This document shows positions 1-13,420 of a stretch of 64,000 bases of DNA, in pieces. The position numbers were made by a program, and so were the translations under genes. Each line of letters begins with the position of its first letter. The first letter of the stretch is position 1. This DNA comes from Eledone cirrhosa. Its lineage: Eukaryota. The stretch covers positions 62,001-126,000 of the forward strand of contig CAXHJY010000523.1 of assembly GCA_964016885.1 (NCBI GenBank). Direction: 5' to 3'. A model generated the notes under the pieces. The model saw only the letters and a list, made by a program, of their open reading frames with translations. It was not told where the DNA came from and made no database searches.

Positions 1-318
1 TCCACACTGACACTAGCTGACAGTAAGACACACACAGGCTGAATATCCACAGTGACACTAGTTGACAGTAAGACACACACACACAGGTTGAATATCCACA
101 GTTACACTAGTTGACAGTAAGACACACACACACACAGGCTGAATATCCAAAGTGACACTAGTTGACAGTAAGACACACACACACAGGCTGAATGTCCACA
201 GTGACACTAGTTGACAGCAAGACACACGCGCACAGGCTGAATATCCACAGTGACACTAGCTGACTGTAAAACACACACACACAGGCTGAATATCCACAAT
301 GACACTAGTTGACAGTAA

Positions 319-319
<1 letters not shown>

Positions 320-368
<49 letters not shown>
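320..368. repeat. Expanded linker microsatellite A(CA)24; homologous tracts at 3058-3098, 7229-7275 and 11455-11501
   Basis: Read directly; each tract follows a CCACAATG variant monomer at the same HOR position. Confidence 0.92.
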
Positions 369-370
<2 letters not shown>

Positions 371-3056
371 CTGAATATCCACAGTGACACTAGTTGACAG
401 TAAGACACACGCACACAGGCTGAATATCAACAGCGACACTAGTTGACAGTAAGACACACACAGGCTTAATATCCACAGTGACACTAGTTGACGGTAAGAC
501 ACACACTCACAGGCTGAATATCCACAGTGACGCTAGTTGACAGTAAGACACACTCACACAGGCTGAATATCCACAGTGACACTAGTTGACAGTAAGACAC
601 ACACACACGAGCTGAATATCCACAGTGACACCAGTTGAAAGTAAGACACACACTCACACAGGCTGAATATCCACAGTGACACTAGTTGACAGTAAGACAC
701 ACACACACGAGCTGAATATCCACAGTGACACCAGTTGAAAGTAAGACACACACACACACAGGCTGAATATCCACAGTGACACTAGTTGACAGTAAGACAC
801 ACTCACACAGGCTGAATATCCAGTGACACTAGTTGACAGTAAGACACACAGAGGCTGAATATCCATAGTGACACTAGCTGACAGTAAGACACACACAGGC
901 TGAATATCCACAGTGACACTAGTTGACAGTAAGACACACACACACACACAGAGGCTGAATATCCACAGTGACACTAGTTGACAGTAATACACACACGCAC
1001 AGCCTGAATATCAACAGTGACACTAGTTGACGGTAAGACACACACACACAGGCTGAATATCCACAGTGACACTAGTTGAGAGTAAGACACACACACACAG
1101 GCTGAATATCCACAGTGGCACTAGTTGACAGTAAGACACACACACACAGGCTGAATATCAACAGTGACACTAGTTGACTGAAAGACACACACAGGCTGAA
1201 TGTCCACAGTGACACTAGTTGACGGTAAGACACACACACACAGGCTGAATATCCACAGTGACACTAACTGACAGTAAGACACACACAGGTTGAATATCCA
1301 CAGTGACACTACTTGACTGTAAGACACACAGGCTGAATATCCATAGTGACACTAGTTGACAGTAAGACACACACACACAGGCTGAATATCCACAGTGACA
1401 CTAGTTGACAGTAAGACACACACACACATACTGAATATCCACAGTGACACGAGTTGACAGTAAGACACACACACACGCAGGCTGAATATCCACAGTGACA
1501 CTAGTTGACTGTAAGACACACAGAGTCTGAATATCCACAGTGACACTAGTTGACAGTAAGACACACACACACACGCTGAATAACCACAGTGACACTAGTT
1601 GACAGTAAGACACACACACACACAGGCTGAATATCCACAGTGACACTAGTTGACAGTGAGACACACACAAGCTGAATATCCACAGTGACACTATTTGACA
1701 GTAAGACACACACACAGGTTGAATATCCACAGTGACACTAGTTGACAGTAGGACACACACACAGGCTGAATATCCACAGTGACAGTAGTTGACAGTAAGA
1801 CACACACAGGCTGAATATCCACAGTGACACTAGTTGAGAGTAAGACACACACACAGACTGAATATCCACAGTGACACTAGTTGACAGTAAGACACACACA
1901 CACAGGTTGAATATTCACACTGACACTAGCTGACAGTAAGACACACATACACAGGCTGAATATCCACAGTGACACTAGTTGACAGTAAGACACACACAGG
2001 CTGAATATCCACAGTGACACTAGTTGACAGTAAGACACACACACACAGGCTGAATATCCACAGTGACACTAGTTGACAGTAAGACACACACACACAGGTT
2101 GAATATTCACACTGACACTAGCTGACAGTAAGACACACACACACAGGCTGAATATCCACAGTGACACTAGTTGACAGTAAGACACACACAGGCTGAATAT
2201 CCACAGTGACACTAGTTGACAGTAAGACACACACACACAGGCTGAATATCCACAGTGACACTAGTTGACAGTAAGACACACACACACAGGTTGAATATTC
2301 ACACTGACACTAGCTGACAGTAAGACACACACACACAGGCTGAATATCCACAGTGACACTAGTTGACAGTAAGACACACACACACAGGCTGAATATCCAC
2401 AGTGACACTAGTTGACAGTAAGACACACCCAGGCTGAATATACAGAATGACACTAGTTGACAATAAGACACACACACACAGGCTGAATATCCACAGTGAC
2501 ACTAGTTGACAGTAAGACACACACACACAGGTTGAATATCCATAGTGACACTAGTTGACAGTAAGACACACACACACAGGTTGAATATCCAGTGACACTA
2601 GTTGACAGTAAGACACACACACACAGGTTGAATATCCACAGTGACACTAGTTGACAGTAAGACACACACACACACACACTGGCTGAATATCCACAGTGAC
2701 ACTAGTTGACAGTAAGACACACACACAGAGGTTGAATATCCACACTGACACTAGCTGACAGTAAGACACACACAGGCTGAATATCCACAGTGACACTAGT
2801 TGACAGTAAGACACACACACACAGGTTGAATATCCACAGTTACACTAGTTGACAGTAAGACACACACACACACAGGCTGAATATCCAAAGTGACACTAGT
2901 TGACAGTAAGACACACACACACAGGCTGAATGTCCACAGTGACACTAGTTGACAGCAAGACACACGCGCACAGGCTGAATATCCACAGTGACACTAGCTG
3001 ACTGTAAAACACACACACACAGGCTGAATATCCACAATGACACTAGTTGACAGTAA

Positions 3057-3100
<44 letters not shown>

Positions 3101-5049
3101 CTGAATATCCACAGTGACACTAGTTGACAGTAAGACACACACAGGCTTAATATCCACAGTGACACTAGTTGACGGTAAGACACACACACACAGGCTGAAT
3201 ATCCACAGTGACGCTAGTTGACAGTAAGACACACTCACACAGGCTGAATATCCACAGTGACACTAGTTGACAGTAAGACACACACACACGAGCTGAATAT
3301 CCACAGTGACACCAGTTGAAAGTAAGACACACACTCACACAGGCTGAATATCCACAGTGACACTAGTTGACAGTAAGACACACACACACGAGCTGAATAT
3401 CCACAGTGACACCAGTTGAAAGTAAGACACACACACACACAGGCTGAATATCCACAGTGACACTAGTTGACAGTAAGACACACTCACACAGGCTGAATAT
3501 TCAGTGACACTAGTTGACAGTAAGACACACAGAGGCTGAATATCCATAGTGACACTAGCTGACAGTAAGACACACACAGGCTGAATATCCACAGTGACAC
3601 TAGTTGACAGTAAGACACACACACACACACAGAGGCTGAATATCCACAGTGACACTAGTTGACAGTAATACACACACGCACAGCCTGAATATCAACAGTG
3701 ACACTAGTTGACGGTAAGACACACACACACAGGCTGAATATCCACAGTGACACTAGTTGAGAGTAAGACACACACACACAGGCTGAATATCCACAGTGGC
3801 ACTAGTTGACAGTAAGACACACACACACAGGCTGAATATCAACAGTGACACTAGTTGACTGAAAGACACACACAGGCTGAATGTCCACAGTGACACTAGT
3901 TGACGGTAAGACACACACACACAGGCTGAATATCCACAGTGACACTAACTGACAGTAAGACACACACAGGTTGAATATCAACAGTGACACTCGTTGACAG
4001 TAAGACACACAGGCTGAATATCCACAGTGACACTACTTGACTGTAAGACACACAGGCTGAATATCCATAGTGACACTAGTTGACAGTAAGACACACACAC
4101 ACAGGCTGAATATCCACAGTGACACTAGTTGACAGTAAGACACACACACACATACTGAATATCCACAGTGACACGAGTTGACAGTAAGACACACACACAT
4201 GCAGGCTGAATATCCACAGTGACACTAGTTGACTGTAAGACACACAGAGTCTGAATATCCACAGTGACACTAGTTGACAGTAAGACACACACACACACGC
4301 TGAATAACCACAGTGACACTAGTTGACAGTAAGACACACACACACACAGGCTGAATATCCACAGTGACACTAGTTGGCAGTGAGACACACACAAGCTGAA
4401 TATCCACAGTGACACTATTTGACAGTAAGACACACACACAGGTTGAATATCCACAGTGACACTAGTTGACAGTAGGACACACACACAGGCTGAATATCCA
4501 CAGTGACAGTAGTTGACAGTAAGACACACGCACACAGGCTGAATATCCACAGAGACACTAGTTGACAGAAAGACACACACACACACAGGCTGAATATCGA
4601 CAGTGACACTAGTTGACAGTAAGACACACACACAGGCTGAATATCAACAGTGACATTGCTGACATTAAGACACACACACACACAGACTGAGTATTCACAG
4701 TGACACTACTTGACAGTAAGACACACAGAGGCTGAATATCCACAGTGACACTAGTTGACAGTAAGACACACACAGGCTGAATATCAACAGTGACACTAGT
4801 TGACAGTAAGACACACACACACAGGCTGAATAACCACAGTGACACTAGTTGACTGTATCACACACATACGGGCTGAATAACCACAGTGACACTAGTTGAC
4901 AGTAAGACACACACACACTCAGGCTGAATATCCACAGTGACACTAGTTGACAGTAAGACACACACACAGACTGAATATCCACAGTGACACTAGCTGACAG
5001 TAAGACACACACACACAGGCTGAATATCCACAGTGACACTAGTTGACAG

Positions 5050-6890
5050 TAAGACACACACACACAGGTTGAATATTCACACTGACACTAGCTGACAGTA
5101 AGACACACACACACAGGCTGAATATCCACAGTGACACTAGTTGACAGTAAGACACACACACACAGGCTGAATATCCACAGTGACACTAGTTGACAGTAAG
5201 ACACACACACACAGGCTGAATATCCACAGTGACACTAGTTGAGAGTAAGACACATACACAGACTGAATATCCACAGTGACACTAGTTGACAGTAAGACAC
5301 ACACACACAGGTTGAATATTCACACTGACACTAGCTGACAGTAAGACACACACACACAGGCTGAATATCCACAGTGACACTAGTTGACAGTAAGACACAC
5401 ACAGGCTGAATATCCACAGTGACACTAGTTGACAGTAAGACACACACACACAGGCTGAATATCCACAGTGACACTAGTAGACAGTAAGACACACACACAC
5501 AGGTTGAATATTCACACTGACACTAGCTGACAGTAAGACACACACACACAGGCTGAATATCCACAGTGACACTAGTTGACAGTAAGACACACAGGCTGAA
5601 TATCCACAGAGACACTAGTTGACAGTAAGACACACACACAGGCTGAATATCCACAGTGACACTAGTTGACAGTAAGACACACCCAGGCTGAATATACAGA
5701 ATGACACTAGTTGACAATAAGACACACACACACAGGCTGAATATCCACAGTGACACTAGTTGACAGTAAGACACACACACACAGGTTGAATATCCATAGT
5801 GACACTAGTTGACAGTAAGACACACACACACAGGTTGAATATCCAGTGACACTAGTTGACAGTAAGACACACACACACAGGTTGAATATCCACAGTGACA
5901 CTAGTTGACAGTAAGACACACACACACACACACTGGCTGAATATCCACAGTGACACTAGTTGACAGTAAGACACACACACACAGGTTGAATATTCACACT
6001 GACACTAGCTGACAGTAAGACACACACACACAGGCTGAATATCCACAGTGACACTAGTTGACAGTAAGACACACACACACAGGCTGAATATCCACAGTGA
6101 CACTAGTTGACAGTAAGACACACACACACAGGCTGAATATCCACAGTGACACTAGTTGAGAGTAAGACACACACACAGACTGAATATCCACAGTGACACT
6201 AGTTGACAGTAAGACACACACACACAGGTTGAATATTCACACTGACACTAGCTGACAGTAAGACACACACACACAGGCTGAATATCCACAGTGACACTAG
6301 TTGACAGTAAGACACACACAGGCTGAATATCCACAGTGACACTAGTTGACAGTAAGACACACACACACAGGCTGAATATCCACAGTGACACTAGTAGACA
6401 GTAAGACACACACACACAGGTTGAATATTCACACTGACACTAGCTGACAGTAAGACACACACACACAGGCTGAATATCCACAGTGACACTAGTTGACAGT
6501 AAGACACACAGGCTGAATATCCACAGAGACACTAGTTGACAGTAAGACACACACACAGGCTGAATATCCACAGTGACACTAGTTGACAGTAAGACACACC
6601 CAGGCTGAATATACAGAATGACACTAGTTGACAATAAGACACACACACACAGGCTGAATATCCACAGTGACACTAGTTGACAGTAAGACACACACACACA
6701 GGTTGAATATCCATAGTGACACTAGTTGACAGTAAGACACACACACACAGGTTGAATATCCAGTGACACTAGTTGACAGTAAGACACACACACACAGGTT
6801 GAATATCCACAGTGACACTAGTTGACAGTAAGACACACACACACACACACTGGCTGAATATCCACAGTGACACTAGTTGACAGTAAGACA
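5050..6890. repeat. 917-bp internal tandem duplication within the HOR-A unit, also present at ~9280-11115
   Basis: Identical ORFs at 5523/6440, 5707/6624, 9749/10666 and 9933/10850. The markers CTAGTAGAC and CACCCAGGCTGAATATACAGAATG are duplicated. Boundaries are approximate. Confidence 0.9.
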
Positions 6891-7241
6891 CACACACAGA
6901 GGTTGAATATCCACACTGACACTAGCTGACAGTAAGACACACACAGGCTGAATATCCACAGTGACACTAGTTGACAGTAAGACACACACACACAGGTTGA
7001 ATATCCACAGTTACACTAGTTGACAGTAAGACACACACACACACAGGCTGAATATCCAAAGTGACACTAGTTGACAGTAAGACACACACACACAGGCTGA
7101 ATGTCCACAGTGACACTAGTTGACAGCAAGACACACGCGCACAGGCTGAATATCCACAGTGACACTAGCTGACTGTAAAACACACACACACAGGCTGAAT
7201 ATCCACAATGACACTAGTTGACAGTAAGACACACACACACA

Positions 7242-7275
<34 letters not shown>

Positions 7276-10200
7276 GGCTGAATATCCACAGTGACACTAG
7301 TTGACAGTAAGACACACGCACACAGGCTGAATATCAACAGCGACACTAGTTGACAGTAAGACACACACAGGCTTAATATCCACAGTGACACTAGTTGACG
7401 GTAAGACACACACACACAGGCTGAATATCCACAGTGACGCTAGTTGACAGTAAGACACACTCACACAGGCTGAATATCCACAGTGACACTAGTTGACAGT
7501 AAGACACACACACACGAGCTGAATATCCACAGTGACACCAGTTGAAAGTAAGACACACACTCACACAGGCTGAATATCCACAGTGACACTAGTTGACAGT
7601 AAGACACACACACACGAGCTGAATATCCACAGTGACACCAGTTGAAAGTAAGACACACACACACACAGGCTGAATATCCACAGTGACACTAGTTGACAGT
7701 AAGACACACTCACACAGGCTGAATATCCAGTGACACTAGTTGACAGTAAGACACACAGAGGCTGAATATCCATAGTGACACTAGCTGACAGTAAGACACA
7801 CACAGGCTGAATATCCACAGTGACACTAGTTGACAGTAAGACACACACACACACACAGAGGCTGAATATCCACAGTGACACTAGTTGACAGTAATACACA
7901 CACGCACAGCCTGAATATCAACAGTGACACTAGTTGACGGTAAGACACACACACACAGGCTGAATATCCACAGTGACACTAGTTGAGAGTAAGACACACA
8001 CACACAGGCTGAATATCCACAGTGGCACTAGTTGACAGTAAGACACACACACACAGGCTGAATATCAACAGTGACACTAGTTGACTGAAAGACACACACA
8101 GGCTGAATGTCCACAGTGACACTAGTTGACGGTAAGACACACACACACAGGCTGAATATCCACAGTGACACTAACTGACAGTAAAACACACACAGGTTGA
8201 ATATCAACAGTGACACTCGTTGACAGTAAGACACACAGGCTGAATATCCACAGTGACACTACTTGACTGTAAGACACACAGGCTGAATATCCATAGTGAC
8301 ACTAGTTGACAGTAAGACACACACACACAGGCTGAATATCCACAGTGACACTAGTTGACAGTAAGACACACACACACATACTGAATATCCACAGTGACAC
8401 GAGTTGACAGTAAGACACACACACATGCAGGCTGAATATCCACAGTGACACTAGTTGACTGTAAGACACACAGAGTCTGAATATCCACAGTGACACTAGT
8501 TGACAGTAAGACACACACACACACGCTGAATAACCACAGTGACACTAGTTGACAGTAAGACACACACACACACAGGCTGAATATCCACAGTGACACTAGT
8601 TGGCAGTGAGACACACACAAGCTGAATATCCACAGTGACACTATTTGACAGTAAGACACACACACAGGTTGAATATCCACAGTGACACTAGTTGACAGTA
8701 GGACACACACACAGGCTGAATATCCACAGTGACAGTAGTTGACAGTAAGACACACGCACACAGGCTGAATATCCACAGAGACACTAGTTGACAGAAAGAC
8801 ACACACACACACAGGCTGAATATCGACAGTGACACTAGTTGACAGTAAGACACACACACAGGCTGAATATCAACAGTGACATTGCTGACATTAAGACACA
8901 CACACACACAGACTGAGTATTCACAGTGACACTACTTGACAGTAAGACACACAGAGGCTGAATATCCACAGTGACACTAGTTGACAGTAAGACACACACA
9001 GGCTGAATATCAACAGTGACACTAGTTGACAGTAAGACACACACACACAGGCTGAATAACCACAGTGACACTAGTTGACTGTATCACACACATACGGGCT
9101 GAATAACCACAGTGACACTAGTTGACAGTAAGACACACACACACTCAGGCTGAATATCCACAGTGACACTAGTTGACAGTAAGACACACACACAGACTGA
9201 ATATCCACAGTGACACTAGCTGACAGTAAGACACACACACACAGGCTGAATATCCACAGTGACACTAGTTGACAGTAAGACACACACACACAGGTTGAAT
9301 ATTCACACTGACACTAGCTGACAGTAAGACACACACACACAGGCTGAATATCCACAGTGACACTAGTTGACAGTAAGACACACACACACAGGCTGAATAT
9401 CCACAGTGACACTAGTTGACAGTAAGACACACACACACAGGCTGAATATCCACAGTGACACTAGTTGAGAGTAAGACACATACACAGACTGAATATCCAC
9501 AGTGACACTAGTTGACAGTAAGACACACACACACAGGTTGAATATTCACACTGACACTAGCTGACAGTAAGACACACACACACAGGCTGAATATCCACAG
9601 TGACACTAGTTGACAGTAAGACACACACAGGCTGAATATCCACAGTGACACTAGTTGACAGTAAGACACACACACACAGGCTGAATATCCACAGTGACAC
9701 TAGTAGACAGTAAGACACACACACACAGGTTGAATATTCACACTGACACTAGCTGACAGTAAGACACACACACACAGGCTGAATATCCACAGTGACACTA
9801 GTTGACAGTAAGACACACAGGCTGAATATCCACAGAGACACTAGTTGACAGTAAGACACACACACAGGCTGAATATCCACAGTGACACTAGTTGACAGTA
9901 AGACACACCCAGGCTGAATATACAGAATGACACTAGTTGACAATAAGACACACACACACAGGCTGAATATCCACAGTGACACTAGTTGACAGTAAGACAC
10001 ACACACACAGGTTGAATATCCATAGTGACACTAGTTGACAGTAAGACACACACACACAGGTTGAATATCCAGTGACACTAGTTGACAGTAAGACACACAC
10101 ACACAGGTTGAATATCCACAGTGACACTAGTTGACAGTAAGACACACACACACACACACTGGCTGAATATCCACAGTGACACTAGTTGACAGTAAGACAC

Positions 10201-11467
10201 ACACACACAGGTTGAATATTCACACTGACACTAGCTGACAGTAAGACACACACACACAGGCTGAATATCCACAGTGACACTAGTTGACAGTAAGACACAC
10301 ACACACAGGCTGAATATCCACAGTGACACTAGTTGACAGTAAGACACACACACACAGGCTGAATATCCACAGTGACACTAGTTGAGAGTAAGACACACAC
10401 ACAGACTGAATATCCACAGTGACACTAGTTGACAGTAAGACACACACACACAGGTTGAATATTCACACTGACACTAGCTGACAGTAAGACACACACACAC
10501 AGGCTGAATATCCACAGTGACACTAGTTGACAGTAAGACACACACAGGCTGAATATCCACAGTGACACTAGTTGACAGTAAGACACACACACACAGGCTG
10601 AATATCCACAGTGACACTAGTAGACAGTAAGACACACACACACAGGTTGAATATTCACACTGACACTAGCTGACAGTAAGACACACACACACAGGCTGAA
10701 TATCCACAGTGACACTAGTTGACAGTAAGACACACAGGCTGAATATCCACAGAGACACTAGTTGACAGTAAGACACACACACAGGCTGAATATCCACAGT
10801 GACACTAGTTGACAGTAAGACACACCCAGGCTGAATATACAGAATGACACTAGTTGACAATAAGACACACACACACAGGCTGAATATCCACAGTGACACT
10901 AGTTGACAGTAAGACACACACACACAGGTTGAATATCCATAGTGACACTAGTTGACAGTAAGACACACACACACAGGTTGAATATCCAGTGACACTAGTT
11001 GACAGTAAGACACACACACACAGGTTGAATATCCACAGTGACACTAGTTGACAGTAAGACACACACACACACACACTGGCTGAATATCCACAGTGACACT
11101 AGTTGACAGTAAGACACACACACAGAGGTTGAATATCCACACTGACACTAGCTGACAGTAAGACACACACAGGCTGAATATCCACAGTGACACTAGTTGA
11201 CAGTAAGACACACACACACAGGTTGAATATCCACAGTTACACTAGTTGACAGTAAGACACACACACACACAGGCTGAATATCCAAAGTGACACTAGTTGA
11301 CAGTAAGACACACACACACAGGCTGAATGTCCACAGTGACACTAGTTGACAGCAAGACACACGCGCACAGGCTGAATATCCACAGTGACACTAGCTGACT
11401 GTAAAACACACACACACAGGCTGAATATCCACAATGACACTAGTTGACAGTAAGACACACACACACA

Positions 11468-11501
<34 letters not shown>

Positions 11502-13420
11502 GGCTGAATATCCACAGTGACACTAGTTGACAGTAAGACACACGCACACAGGCTGAATATCAACAGCGACACTAGTTGACAGTAAGACACACACAGGCTT
11601 AATATCCACAGTGACACTAGTTGACGGTAAGACACACACACACAGGCTGAATATCCACAGTGACGCTAGTTGACAGTAAGACACACTCACACAGGCTGAA
11701 TATCCACAGTGACACTAGTTGACAGTAAGACACACACACACACGAGCTGAATATCCACAGTGACACCAGTTGAAAGTAAGACACACACTCACACAGGCTG
11801 AATATCCACAGTGACACTAGTTGACAGTAAGACACACACACACGAGCTGAATATCCACAGTGACACCAGTTGAAAGTAAGACACACACACACACAGGCTG
11901 AATATCCACAGTGACACTAGTTGACAGTAAGACACACTCACACAGGCTGAATATCCAGTGACACTAGTTGACAGTAAGACACACAGAGGCTGAATATCCA
12001 TAGTGACACTAGCTGACAGTAAGACACACACAGGCTGAATATCCACAGTGACACTAGTTGACAGTAAGACACACACACACACACAGAGGCTGAATATCCA
12101 CAGTGACACTAGTTGACAGTAATACACACACGCACAGCCTGAATATCAACAGTGACACTAGTTGACGGTAAGACACACACACACAGGCTGAATATCCACA
12201 GTGACACTAGTTGAGAGTAAGACACACACACACAGGCTGAATATCCACAGTGGCACTAGTTGACAGTAAGACACACACACACAGGCTGAATATCAACAGT
12301 GACACTAGTTGACTGAAAGACACACACAGGCTGAATGTCCACAGTGACACTAGTTGACGGTAAGACACACACACACAGGCTGAATATCCACAGTGACACT
12401 AACTGACAGTAAAACACACACAGGTTGAATATCAACAGTGACACTCGTTGACAGTAAGACACACAGGCTGAATATCCACAGTGACACTACTTGACTGTAA
12501 GACACACAGGCTGAATATCCATAGTGACACTAGTTGACTGTAAGACACACAGAGTCTGAATATCCACAGTGACACTAGTTGACAGTAAGACACACACACA
12601 CACGCTGAATAACCACAGTGACACTAGTTGACAGTAAGACACACACACAACGACTGAATATCCACAGTGACACTAGTTGACAGTAAGACACTAACACACA
12701 GCCTGAATATCCCCAGTGACACTAGTTGACAGTAAGACACACGCACACAGGCTAAATATCCACAGTGACAGTAGTTGACAGTAAGACACACACACACAGG
12801 CTGAATATCCACAGTGACACTAGTTGACAGTAAGACACACGCACACAGGCTAAATATCCACAGTGACACTAGTTGACAGTAAGACAGACACACACAGGCT
12901 GAATATCCCCAGTGACACTAGTTGACAGTAAGACACACGCACACAGGTTAAATATCCACAGTGACAGTAGTTGACACTAAGACACACACACACAGGCTGA
13001 ATATCCACAGTGACACTAGTTGACAGTAAGACACACGCACACAGGCTAAATATCCACAGTGACACTAGTTGACAGTAAGACACACACACACAGGCTGAAT
13101 ATCCACAGTGACACTAGTTGACAGTAAGACAGACACACACACAGGCTAAATATCCACAGTGACAGTAGTTGACAGTAAGACACACACACAGAGGTTGAAT
13201 ATCCACAGTGACACTACTTGACAGTAAGACACACACACACAGACTGAATATCCACAGTGACACTAGTTGAGAGTAAGACACACACACACAGGCTGAATAT
13301 CAACAGAGACACTAGATGACAGTAAGATACACACACACAGGCTGAATAACCACAGTGACACTAGTTGACTGTATCACACACATACGGGCTGAATATCCAC
13401 AGTGACACTAGTGGACAGTA

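Larger units (their letters stand above)
1..12640. repeat. HOR domain A: units of 2738, 4171 and 4226 bp starting at 1, 2739 and 6910, plus a partial fourth unit from 11136
   Basis: The marker TCCACACTGACACTAGCTG followed by the same ordered variants (GTTACAC, TCCAAAG, AATGTCC, CACGCGCA, long CA tract) starts at 1, 2739, 6910 and 11136. Identical ORFs recur at offset 4226 (3235/7461, 4125/8351, 5523/9749, 7116/11342). Confidence 0.93.

Noticed and set aside
62-67. TTGACA (sigma70 -35 consensus) in most monomers
   Set aside because: No -10 box lies 16-18 bp downstream (that region is the CA linker and GGCTG), the spacing varies, and the context is not prokaryote-like.
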